Below, piece after piece: positions 19,780 to 29,130 of a DNA stretch of 64,000 nt (position 1 is the stretch's first letter; each line of letters starts with the position of its first letter). The stretch covers positions 10,331 through 74,330 of IMG/VR virus record IMGVR_UViG_2671180604_000001; one strand, 5' to 3'. The notes under the pieces are model-generated. The model saw only the letters and a list, made by a program, of their open reading frames with translations, did no database searches and was not told where the DNA came from. The DNA comes from a virus. Its lineage: Duplodnaviria; Caudoviricetes. The position numbers and the translations under genes were made by a program.

Positions 19780-20906
19780 GTTTCACACGTCCGATAGATG
19801 AGCAGCCAAACAACCACACAGGTTTAGAAACAGCCATGGCAAAAGCTTTTAAACAAGTCTTTGCCGAAGAATTTCAACAACGTATTCAAGATATTTTAGA
19901 TTATGGAGCACCACATTTAGGCAGTCGTACAGTCGTTGAAAGGTTTACGAAACAAGATGGATTAGTTGTTTTACGTCGTCCTCAAACCTCAGATACCTTA
20001 ATGCGCGTAATCTATGCAAATTGGTCGAGTATGGCGAACAAAAGAGGCTTAGGGTTTCTTGAATTTGTATTGCGTATGCTTTGGACTGATCAATGGCAAA
20101 TTAAGCGTATGTGGCATCCAATCAGTACATATACAAATTATCCACAATTTCTAGTTGATGAAGAAAAGCCTAATCACTTTTTAACGAGTCGTATCCGCAT
20201 ATCTATAGATGAATCAGTAGATTTAGCAGAATTAATTGAGCTGTCACCAATTTTAAGGAAATTAGTACCAGCCAATATCGTGGTCAAAGTTCATGCAAAG
20301 GCTTTAGATACTGAATTAGGAGATACAGAAATAGGCGCAGCAGTCATTGCTAAAAGCTATATGGTTTATGATGAAAGTAATGGAATAACTCATAATAAGC
20401 CGACCAATCAAACGACTATTCAAGATTTTGATTTTGCGGTTATACGCTACATATGGGACAGTAACGGGGGCACTGATTTAGACACACGTACCAGAATCAT
20501 TAATCCAGCACGTAACGTTGACGTAGGATGGAGTAGAGGTTCAACGGATGGAGCGTACTTGAACTGGAATGGCGACAATACGGGAAGTGGTGTTGAGTGC
20601 GTTTTGTTAAATCTAAATCAATTGAAGCTTGATTTTCCAAACATTAATAATTTTGAAATATCATTAAGAGCATATTGGTATTCGCAAAAGAACACAGGCA
20701 ATTTTAGTCTGCAATTTGAATCATTCAAGGGTGGAACGATGCAGCCCAATGGGTTTGATTTTATTAATGTAGGTGGTACTTCAATTCAAAGTATTACTTT
20801 AAGCACAAATTCTCAACTTCAACAAAGCGCTAATGTTGATGGCGTAGAGGTTGGGCGACTCACTTATCACAGCTCAATTCTCGAAGGTAGTTTGACACTC
20901 GTTTAA
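19767..20906 (+). CDS. Baseplate wedge protein (I/gp7-like) with C-terminal beta-rich extension
   Basis: KRGL.FL..VL and L..LVPANIV motifs; extra ~170-aa domain. Confidence 0.6.
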   Translation: MDSISFTRPIDEQPNNHTGLETAMAKAFKQVFAEEFQQRIQDILDYGAPHLGSRTVVERFTKQDGLVVLRRPQTSDTLMRVIYANWSSMANKRGLGFLEFVLRMLWTDQWQIKRMWHPISTYTNYPQFLVDEEKPNHFLTSRIRISIDESVDLAELIELSPILRKLVPANIVVKVHAKALDTELGDTEIGAAVIAKSYMVYDESNGITHNKPTNQTTIQDFDFAVIRYIWDSNGGTDLDTRTRIINPARNVDVGWSRGSTDGAYLNWNGDNTGSGVECVLLNLNQLKLDFPNINNFEISLRAYWYSQKNTGNFSLQFESFKGGTMQPNGFDFINVGGTSIQSITLSTNSQLQQSANVDGVEVGRLTYHSSILEGSLTLV

Positions 20907-20910
20907 AGAT

Positions 20911-20951
20911 TGGAACTCAAGAAAACTAAGTGAACTTAGCAATGGTTTTAT
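20911..20951 (+). promoter_or_regulatory. Putative late promoter (weak -10)
   Basis: TGGAAC box followed by long hairpin 20940-20983. Confidence 0.45.
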
Positions 20952-20996
20952 GTAGTTGTTTGATGAAACAACATAAACCATTGTTAGGATTTATAC

Positions 20997-21407
20997 ATGA
21001 CTCAAGATAATACTGAGGAATTTGCATTAACAACAAATGTTGGTAGTGATGGTGATCTTCTAGTAGAGCAGTTCTTAGGCTTTGCAAAACACGATATTAG
21101 CGATGAAGATTTCGAAAAACTACTCGCTGGTCAATCTGTAGAAGACGTAACAGCCTATAAACCTGCAACCTATTACAAGATTTCAGCCGATCCAAATTCA
21201 CCAGACTACAACGAACCATTCGACATTCACATCCACTTCCAAGATGGACCAACATTGATCGACGGTGTAAACGGTGCAACTAATGAATCGTTATTAAAGA
21301 TCCTGATTCATCGCACTCAATACCTAGACAGTAAATTCCCATCAGACCAGTACAAACAAGCCATTGCATCTATGGAATCGGCTTTAAGTAACTTAAAAAG
21401 TATTTAA
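20997..21407 (+). CDS. Tad1/Acb2-hairpin-like protein, divergent
   Basis: IHFQDGP...GVNG..NE.LL.ILI.R...L...FP......AI...E.AL pattern. Confidence 0.55.
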   Translation: MTQDNTEEFALTTNVGSDGDLLVEQFLGFAKHDISDEDFEKLLAGQSVEDVTAYKPATYYKISADPNSPDYNEPFDIHIHFQDGPTLIDGVNGATNESLLKILIHRTQYLDSKFPSDQYKQAIASMESALSNLKSI

Positions 21408-21610
21408 TTACTGCAATTGAGGTAAAGTAATAAGCTTAAAATACTTATTGCTTTACTTAAATATACATGCAAAAATTTTTTGCAGTAATTTTTAAAATAA
21501 TTTAAAAAAAATAAATCTAATCGAAGTTTTAAATTTGTAAATGATTTTTAAATCGTTAATATTAATATTTCGTATGACAAATAATTAGAATTCAATCAGA
21601 AGGTGGAAAT

Positions 21611-22918
21611 ATGAAAAAAATTTCAATATGTATTTTATTAACTTTGATAACTATTAATCCAGTAAAAACTAACAGTGAGCCTGTGACAATTATCACATCT
21701 ATTGTTGGTTCTGCATCTGTTGGGGCTACTTTGCAAGGTATATCTGGTTTAGTGGAAGATTCAATTGATAAAGCACAGAATACAGGTGATTATTTATTAT
21801 TTAAAAGTGCTACAGAGCTGAAAAGCGTGATATCAACATGGGAAAGTGCTAACCAGAATTTGTTAGATAAAACTTTTAATGAGTTAAATGAATCACAAAG
21901 AATATTTTTTAATAACATCAATGCCACTGCTAATCAATTAAACTCAAATGTTGAGAATCACTTGGAAACAGCAACAAGAATTGCTGAACTCGCAAATCAA
22001 AGTGTGCAAGATATTAGAATTTTTGATGGAGGATTAGGACTTTTTAGATATTCGCCCAGAATTGTATATTCAGGTATACCAGAGGATGTTACTTTTATAA
22101 TTAGAGGAGTTAACTTTGATAAAGCTGATCCAAAACTGATACTACCCTCTGGTGGTAATGCAAACAGAGTTTCATTAACTAGGCAAGAAGCAGTATTTGT
22201 ATTTAGCAAAGATGAATTTAAGTTTAATGATATTAAAGCTGAATTCACAAATTTGAAACTTGAATATTTAGCACCATCAGATTCGGTATTCGGAAAAATT
22301 AAGGATACTTTTAGGGGAAGAAAAACCATTAAGTCCGCTAATATCTCTATTTTACAGTTACCAAATAATCTTGGTAATTATTCACTAACTTATAAAACTA
22401 AAGAAAGTCATAAAGAAATTTGGAGTGGCGAGAGACAATTTCATCATTCTGGAAGAAACTCAAGCGCTACTTTCAACCAAGGACCTCATGATAATAATTG
22501 GAAAATGATAATTTCATCTTTAGGGAAAGCTAGAGAATGGGGACGTGCTGGTAAAGGTTGTAGTGTAGTTACAAATAATGAATATGGATTTTCAATAAAA
22601 ATTCAAGTTGGAGTAATTAGAGAGTTGTTCAATCCTAATGCACCTGGCTATCAACATTGTATTTATAGATGGCAAGAATTTAGGGAGTATCAACAGGAAA
22701 AGGAATTTCCTGAATTAAATGGTAGATTGAAATGGGAAATTGATTCAGCTATAGCGTTACCTGAAAATTTAAAGTCTTTTAAACTCAATATTAGCACTTG
22801 GGATGGAAAGACTAGGGTATTTAACGGTTCTGCGAGCGAAACATTTTATAAAATTGATGAATCAAAGGATTTATTAATTATCAAACCCCAAATTCCTAAA
22901 GATTTAAATTCCTTTTAG
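21611..22918 (+). CDS. Hypothetical exported protein (moron)
   Basis: Signal-peptide-like N-terminus, helical then beta-rich; AT-rich with its own upstream region. Confidence 0.7.
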   Translation: MKKISICILLTLITINPVKTNSEPVTIITSIVGSASVGATLQGISGLVEDSIDKAQNTGDYLLFKSATELKSVISTWESANQNLLDKTFNELNESQRIFFNNINATANQLNSNVENHLETATRIAELANQSVQDIRIFDGGLGLFRYSPRIVYSGIPEDVTFIIRGVNFDKADPKLILPSGGNANRVSLTRQEAVFVFSKDEFKFNDIKAEFTNLKLEYLAPSDSVFGKIKDTFRGRKTIKSANISILQLPNNLGNYSLTYKTKESHKEIWSGERQFHHSGRNSSATFNQGPHDNNWKMIISSLGKAREWGRAGKGCSVVTNNEYGFSIKIQVGVIRELFNPNAPGYQHCIYRWQEFREYQQEKEFPELNGRLKWEIDSAIALPENLKSFKLNISTWDGKTRVFNGSASETFYKIDESKDLLIIKPQIPKDLNSF

Positions 22919-22924
22919 TTTGAA

Positions 22925-22964
22925 TGGAACATATAGAAATAAGAATATTTTAATTTGCAAAAAT
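22925..22964 (+). promoter_or_regulatory. Putative late promoter
   Basis: TGGAAC-N29-AAAAT; hairpin 22965-22991. Confidence 0.7.
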
Positions 22965-22996
22965 AGCCCTAATACACAATCTATTGGGGCTTTTTC

Positions 22997-23920
22997 ATGT
23001 CTGAAACAGGTCGAAAAACGAAAAGAATTACATACAATCTGCATGAACGTGGTCGCTCTCACTTAGGTAAGGACCGCAGCAATGTTGATATGAATGAAAT
23101 GATCAAACAGATCAATAGTCCTCAAGTACAAGAAATGGTAAAGACAGGGACTTTGTACGGTTATAACGGACATGAAATTCGTAAGCGTTATGGGATGAAT
23201 CCGCCTGATTCCGTCATCATTGATGGAAAGGTAGTTTATCTTGAGCGCTCATTTAGAACAATCGAAGCTTATGCAGATAAAGAGGGGAATGTAACGCATG
23301 TCACTGAGTTTTTAGATAATGAATCTGGTGAATATGCACGAACTCAATATCAAGCACGAGTAGGCGGTTTTAGTTCAGCACAAAACTATAAGAAAGCAGG
23401 ATTAGGACTTATTCCAGTAGGTTTCTACGGCTTTGATTATGTGACTCAACCTAACTACACAACCAATGTTGGAGATGGGCAATTATTTGATGGCTTAGCC
23501 ATTCCAGTTGATCAAGATGGATTGATTGCATCCTTTGATAGCAGTACGGACGTAACTTTGCTTTCGCCGTCAGAAGCAATGATTGCTCATTTACTTGAAC
23601 AGCAAATTATTCGTGACTTTGACAATATTCATGCTCAGTTACAGCTTTTACAAATGAATGGTCAATCATTAGACCAGATTGATGAATTAGCGAATCAAAT
23701 TGCACGAAAAGATAAGCGAGAAGCGATTCAATCACAGCGTATGCAAGACCTTTGTTCTGGATTAGTTGGTGAAGTTCGTTCATTTGATTCTGTATGTGCT
23801 GAAGCAGAGGAACGATTAACTGAAAGTGATCTAGCGCGAATGCGTATAAGTGGTGAAACCACTAAAAATAACAAAGCTAGACCACGCATTTTTAAGAGTA
23901 TGTTCGGATTTGGAGGGTAA
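22997..23920 (+). CDS. Prohead maturation protease (T4 gp21 / herpes-fold type)
   Basis: YGYNGH, GGFSS, GFDYV.QP catalytic-type motifs; C-terminal scaffold-like tail. Confidence 0.7.
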   Translation: MSETGRKTKRITYNLHERGRSHLGKDRSNVDMNEMIKQINSPQVQEMVKTGTLYGYNGHEIRKRYGMNPPDSVIIDGKVVYLERSFRTIEAYADKEGNVTHVTEFLDNESGEYARTQYQARVGGFSSAQNYKKAGLGLIPVGFYGFDYVTQPNYTTNVGDGQLFDGLAIPVDQDGLIASFDSSTDVTLLSPSEAMIAHLLEQQIIRDFDNIHAQLQLLQMNGQSLDQIDELANQIARKDKREAIQSQRMQDLCSGLVGEVRSFDSVCAEAEERLTESDLARMRISGETTKNNKARPRIFKSMFGFGG

Positions 23921-23926
23921 ATACTT

Positions 23927-24733
23927 ATGTCTTTACCTAAAGATTCACTTAAATGCATACAAGATGCCTGGTACAAACTACTAGTCGATTTTAGATCGTG
24001 GTATATGCCAGAAACCATTCAGACAGATGAATGGAAAAAGCGTGATATTCGAACCGCAATTAAAAGTTGTCCTTCACGTATGATGGATGATTCTGAAGCA
24101 ATGCTTGCAGAATATCGTAAAAGTCAAAATGCAGAAGTTGATGGTGGTGCAACGGCATTCATACCAATTATGTTGACTGCTACAGCAATGTTAGATCAAC
24201 CGCCTGATACGATGCAGCTATTACCGATGCCTTACTTTGTGCCTGTAGTAATAGGCGATAAGCAAGTTCAAATTCGATTGATAGCTAAAACGGTCAGAGC
24301 ACAATTAGCGTTCTATGCAACCAATTCGCATGATGCACGTTCCGTATGCGACCAGTTCTGTACTTTTGTACAAAATGAAGATAAACGCCGTTTCCAAGTA
24401 CCATTTGACATGGGCATGAACCATATTCAAAAAAGTACTTTTACCATAGTAGAGAATCAGTTATTTCCATCACCTGTACCAAGTGAAGCCATTAACCTTT
24501 CTATTTTCACTATTGATGTGCAATTGGTCGGTTATGCTCCTCAAATCATAGGACTTGGTGGACCAAACGACAATACAACCGGAAATGGATATAACCCTGA
24601 TGGTTCAGTGGTTGATAAACCAATTCAGGATCTTGTAGTCATTCAAGCTGATCAGTTCACTGTAGATGGTCATACTCGTGTTTTAGCAGATCGTGAAACT
24701 GGAGAAATCACAGTGGAGCGTTTCGATGACTGA
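23927..24733 (+). CDS. Virion structural protein (tail completion-like)
   Basis: Position in late unit; alpha/beta composition. Confidence 0.4.
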   Translation: MSLPKDSLKCIQDAWYKLLVDFRSWYMPETIQTDEWKKRDIRTAIKSCPSRMMDDSEAMLAEYRKSQNAEVDGGATAFIPIMLTATAMLDQPPDTMQLLPMPYFVPVVIGDKQVQIRLIAKTVRAQLAFYATNSHDARSVCDQFCTFVQNEDKRRFQVPFDMGMNHIQKSTFTIVENQLFPSPVPSEAINLSIFTIDVQLVGYAPQIIGLGGPNDNTTGNGYNPDGSVVDKPIQDLVVIQADQFTVDGHTRVLADRETGEITVERFDD

Positions 24734-25235
24734 AATTATTAAGATTGATGCGCGAGTAACTGGATTTTCTAATGATGAAATAAGATTGATCAGTCTTTGT
24801 TTTGCGGATTCTGGTCAAATCCTTGTCCAAAAAACAGATATTTTCACGGCTTTACCTGTACGTCCTGATCAGCAAGCCGATACGATTGTTGTGACGGATT
24901 CACCGAATGTAATCCAAAATTGGCAATTAAAATTTGATGCACAGCAGCATTTAGAAGAAGTCATTAGAGTTTATCAAGCAAGCTTTAGAGCTGGATTAGT
25001 TGAGTTCGAAAAATCGCTTGAACGCTACAATCCTATGAACATTCTTCAGGTTCGGAAAATTGATAAAAATGGATTACAGCAAGAGTTCGATAGTAGTTCA
25101 TTAGATAACGGTCATATCGCAGCATTAATTTCTATTTGGGCAAGTCATAAAATAGCAATTTCACATGCAGTCACTTCAAAAGAGGAAGTTAAAGAAGAAT
25201 ACATCGATAGAACTATGTTGCCGTTTAGTATTTAA
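24726..25235 (+). CDS. Hypothetical phage protein upstream of terminase
   Basis: ORF coupled to both neighbours. Confidence 0.6.
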   Translation: MTEIIKIDARVTGFSNDEIRLISLCFADSGQILVQKTDIFTALPVRPDQQADTIVVTDSPNVIQNWQLKFDAQQHLEEVIRVYQASFRAGLVEFEKSLERYNPMNILQVRKIDKNGLQQEFDSSSLDNGHIAALISIWASHKIAISHAVTSKEEVKEEYIDRTMLPFSI

Positions 25236-25246
25236 AGCGGTGATGT

Positions 25247-27235
25247 ATGGCTCTAAAACCACTTAAAGATATCCCCGAATGGTGGGAACTTTGCGCACGT
25301 TATCGTTATGATATCTATGCCTTTGCAGTAGAGGCTTTAGGTGTTACACCGACTTGGCAGCAAGAACTACTATTTGAGTCAATCCAGTTTGATGGTAGCC
25401 GTACATCGGTTGCATCTGGGCATGGTTGCTTTGGTAAAGGTACGAAAATCCGTTTAGCCAACGGGAAGTGGAAACGTGTTGAAAAAATAACAATAAATGA
25501 TGCAGTAATGGGAACAGATGGCTTTTCACCGCGAGAAGTGATCAAAGTTGTACAGGGATACCAAGAGCTATATCAATTTGAATATGCCAATGGTTCAAAG
25601 CATGTCTATAACAAATCTCACATTCTTTGTTTAGTCTCACTCGAAACAAAAAACGGTTGGAAAGCTGGCGATACCATTGAAGTCCTGGTATCGAAATACC
25701 TTGAATGGCCTGAAGAAACCAAGTGCCAATTTGCAGCATATGAACTGAAACATAGAAAATTCCAGCCTGTAAAAATTAATAGCGTCACAGCCTTGGGAGA
25801 GGGTGATTATTACGGCTTTGTCCTCGATGGTGATGCAACTTTTCTAACAGCTGATGGCATGGTTCACCATAACACTGGTAAAACTGCATCGGCTGGTATC
25901 GTTGCTTTATGGCATCTATTGTTCTTTGTTGAATCCATTACGATGTTCACTGCTCCGCAAATCGGGCAGTTAAAGAAACAAGTCTGGAAAGAAATCAGTA
26001 TTAACCTGTCACGTCTAAAAGCTGGACCATTGGGATGGCTTGCTGATTATATCGGTTATCAGTCTGAATTAGTCTATATCAAAGGCTATAAAGAAAAGTG
26101 GTATGTCTTTGCAAAAACAGCACCTAAGCACCAGCCAACGAACTTGGCAGGGAACCATGCAGATAATTACTTGCTATGGGGTGATGAGGCAAGTGGTATT
26201 CCTGATGAGGTTATGGATGTTGTCCTAGGTGCTTTGACGCATGAAGATAACAGAGCTGTTTTAACTTCACAGCCGACACGTAACGCAGGATTATTCTATG
26301 AGACACATCATAAATTAAGTCACAGAGCCGGTGGTATTTGGATTGCTTTAACGTTCAATGGAGAAGAATCTCCATTAGTAAGTAAGCAATCATTAGAAGA
26401 ACAACGTCAGAAATACGGTAGCCGTGACGATCCTCAATACCAAATCCGTGTTTTAGGTCGCTTTCCAGACCGTGCTGATGAGTTCTTAATCACGAAACGA
26501 CAATCCGAAGAAATGTATGTCGGTGCATCGATTTTCGAAGAACACGTTTTTGGTTATGTGATTACAGTCGATGTAGGCGGTGGCGTTGGGCGAGATGATT
26601 CTGTAATTGCTGTATCGAAAGTTTGGGGTGAAGCTCAATGGGGAGATCGAGCACGCCGTGTTGAAGTTGTTGATATTCCACTTTGTAAGAATAGAGATGA
26701 CATCACAGAGCTTTTTGCCAAGATTAATGAATGCATTTTGAAATATCCTAATGCAACTTTGGTTGTTGATGATAATGGCGCTGGTAAAGGTTTAGGACAA
26801 CTGCTTAAGAAACATGGTATTTGGTTTATGCCTGTTTATTGGGGAGGTGCATGCTTCAATAATGACAATCGTAAAGAGTATGTAAATAAACGTGCCTTGG
26901 CTTATGTTTGTCTTAAACGTGCAATTGAATCGGGTCGTTTCAAAGTTAAAACGAAAAAATTCTTAGTCAAGATTCAAGATCAAATAATCAAGATCCCTTA
27001 TACATTTGATGAGCACAGCCGTTACAAGATTCTAAGTAAAGATGAAATGAAGCGGAAAGGGATTAAATCTCCCGATCTTGGTGACGTTTTCGCATTCTTA
27101 TTCTTAGAAAATGTGTTCTATACAGAAGCATATGAGAATGTTGTTATTGCAGATGATAGTCCAGAAGCACAGGAACGGGCAGAGCGTAAATCTAGGTTTG
27201 ATCAACTTAAAGAAGCAGCAAAGAACATTGATTGA
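25247..27235 (+). CDS. Terminase large subunit containing an intein
   Basis: Walker A SGHG/TGKT split by intein, Walker B WGDEASG, nuclease VDVGGG..RDDS and KSPDLGD. Confidence 0.92.
   Translation: MALKPLKDIPEWWELCARYRYDIYAFAVEALGVTPTWQQELLFESIQFDGSRTSVASGHGCFGKGTKIRLANGKWKRVEKITINDAVMGTDGFSPREVIKVVQGYQELYQFEYANGSKHVYNKSHILCLVSLETKNGWKAGDTIEVLVSKYLEWPEETKCQFAAYELKHRKFQPVKINSVTALGEGDYYGFVLDGDATFLTADGMVHHNTGKTASAGIVALWHLLFFVESITMFTAPQIGQLKKQVWKEISINLSRLKAGPLGWLADYIGYQSELVYIKGYKEKWYVFAKTAPKHQPTNLAGNHADNYLLWGDEASGIPDEVMDVVLGALTHEDNRAVLTSQPTRNAGLFYETHHKLSHRAGGIWIALTFNGEESPLVSKQSLEEQRQKYGSRDDPQYQIRVLGRFPDRADEFLITKRQSEEMYVGASIFEEHVFGYVITVDVGGGVGRDDSVIAVSKVWGEAQWGDRARRVEVVDIPLCKNRDDITELFAKINECILKYPNATLVVDDNGAGKGLGQLLKKHGIWFMPVYWGGACFNNDNRKEYVNKRALAYVCLKRAIESGRFKVKTKKFLVKIQDQIIKIPYTFDEHSRYKILSKDEMKRKGIKSPDLGDVFAFLFLENVFYTEAYENVVIADDSPEAQERAERKSRFDQLKEAAKNID
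25427..25873 (+). mobile_element. Mini-intein (149 aa, no homing endonuclease)
   Basis: Starts CFGKGT.I.LANG, ends YYGF.LDG...FL.ADG.V.HN, followed by Thr. Confidence 0.92.
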
Positions 27236-27236
27236 T

Positions 27237-27277
27237 TGGAACTGAACGCTTAAGAAGCGGTTCTAAAATACCAAAAT
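27237..27277 (+). promoter_or_regulatory. Putative late promoter
   Basis: TGGAAC-N30-AAAAT; 11-bp perfect stem 27275-27311 pairs with the start codon. Confidence 0.72.
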
Positions 27278-27302
27278 AGCCATAGTGATAAATAGGTGAT
27301 CT

Positions 27303-28850
27303 ATGGCTATTCAGTTTTACTTAACCAGTGCAGGGAAAAATGCAGCACTCAATGCTGCTAGTCTCGGTTTAAATGTTTCATTGACGCATATCGCCGTTGG
27401 TACAGGTAAATATGATCCATCAAATGCAATGACTCTAACTAATACTTCACTAGTTTCAGAACTTGAGCGATATCCGCTAAATGGTGGGAGTGTTGAACCT
27501 ATTTCACATACATTAAGATTTGTTGCGAATTTAGAACCGAGTCTAACAGCAGATGCTTTTGAAATAGGACTTATCACTGATCAAGGTGTTTTATTTGCTG
27601 TCGCTGCGACAACTTCAAATACACCATTGATTCGATTGGTTGCGAATATTGTTGCAATCGTCACTTTTGGGATGATCTTATCAAATCTCAATCTTAGTAA
27701 TTTAATTATTAATGTTGATCCAAATACGCCTATATCAGTTGCCTTGATGAATCAGCATCTTGACTCTGTTGATCCACATCCACAATACGCAACGAAATCA
27801 CTGGTTCATAGTCTTATAGATTTGAATGTGGATAACGCAGTTGACTATTTAGTCTCTTTATTAAACCTACATCAGACTGGAATAAATCCACATCCTCAAT
27901 ACTTGTTAGCTTCAACTTTTGGCGTTGATTTGCAAATGAAAGCAAGTGTAAACACGCCAATTACAGAAGAAAACTGTGTTTTCGGGTGGAATGGAGAAAG
28001 TGGTGCGACGGCTGCATTTCATAAAACACCGAAATGGTGGGTAACTCATGATGAAACGGTAACATTTAAGCCATTCCGTGCGTATGGTCAGTTTTTATTA
28101 AACATCCAATTTCAACCAGAGGGTGACGGCACTTTAGCAATTGCGATCTTCAATAAAGATGACGTTAAGATTGCAGAGGACACAATATTAAGTGTTAGCT
28201 CCACTAGTTTTAATCAATTGGTGAAGCATGTTTTCTATCTCAATAAGGGTGAATATGCAAAAGTTAGAATTTATGGACGAGTATGGAATGAGAATTGGGC
28301 ACACTTTAGTGGGTCAATATATGTTGATGATCGAGTAAAAGTCTTTAGTCCAGTCGGTTTTCAATCTACCGTTGATTTTGCAAATACGATAGAAGATGGC
28401 TCAGTATCTGTTGAAACACCACTTGATTACTCAACCTTTTCAAGTTCTGAATGGTCATATTTCGATAGTGGTTCAGAGCTGAATGTGGCACTTAGTGCTA
28501 GTACAACATTTGCAACACCTGAATCTCATACTCCACATTATCACCGTGCACTATTTACTACTAATCCAAATACAGAATTATGGATTGTTATCGAAGTCGG
28601 AAAACAATTAGTCGAAACACCAAGTGATTATGCAGCTGTAGAAGCGAAAGTGATTCGTGGTTCTACTGATGTAAGTGGCAATATCGTCATTCAAATACCA
28701 TTTTCGATGCGTACTGTTGCTACTCCGAATAATGAAACGTTGATTTATCGCGTTGCTTACTATTTAGCAGCAGTTACTAAAACACTCGCTGATCCTTTTC
28801 CTTCCGGCAATATTGATGGAATTCATGAGTTCTTTGCGGAGTTGTCGTGA
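27303..28850 (+). CDS. Tail fibre protein (tail-collar N-terminal domain)
   Basis: LT.AG..A...THIAVG.G, EIGL...G.LFA, two (D/N)PHPQY motifs. Confidence 0.8.
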   Translation: MAIQFYLTSAGKNAALNAASLGLNVSLTHIAVGTGKYDPSNAMTLTNTSLVSELERYPLNGGSVEPISHTLRFVANLEPSLTADAFEIGLITDQGVLFAVAATTSNTPLIRLVANIVAIVTFGMILSNLNLSNLIINVDPNTPISVALMNQHLDSVDPHPQYATKSLVHSLIDLNVDNAVDYLVSLLNLHQTGINPHPQYLLASTFGVDLQMKASVNTPITEENCVFGWNGESGATAAFHKTPKWWVTHDETVTFKPFRAYGQFLLNIQFQPEGDGTLAIAIFNKDDVKIAEDTILSVSSTSFNQLVKHVFYLNKGEYAKVRIYGRVWNENWAHFSGSIYVDDRVKVFSPVGFQSTVDFANTIEDGSVSVETPLDYSTFSSSEWSYFDSGSELNVALSASTTFATPESHTPHYHRALFTTNPNTELWIVIEVGKQLVETPSDYAAVEAKVIRGSTDVSGNIVIQIPFSMRTVATPNNETLIYRVAYYLAAVTKTLADPFPSGNIDGIHEFFAELS

Positions 28851-29122
28851 TGATTAATGAATACCGCAACGCAATTCGAGACCTCATCAATAAAAATATG
28901 CAGCTGGGAAAGTTGAATAGTTTAATTGTATGGGATGTTAAATCTGATGAGGCTCAAGATCCTACTTTACTAAGTTTGAGAATATATGGTTCTCGTACTC
29001 ATACGGATGTGATTCAGGTTGCATGTGGTGTTTCTGGGATTTGGGAAAAGTTACCTGAAAAACGAATAGCAGTGCCTTTAATCTCTGACGTAATGCGCTT
29101 ACGCCGTGAATATCTGGTTTAG
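28847..29122 (+). CDS. Small baseplate protein, LysM-like (GpX/gp53-like)
   Basis: D..LLS.RIYG......I....G pattern. Confidence 0.55.
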   Translation: MMINEYRNAIRDLINKNMQLGKLNSLIVWDVKSDEAQDPTLLSLRIYGSRTHTDVIQVACGVSGIWEKLPEKRIAVPLISDVMRLRREYLV

Positions 29123-29130
29123 GAGTCATC

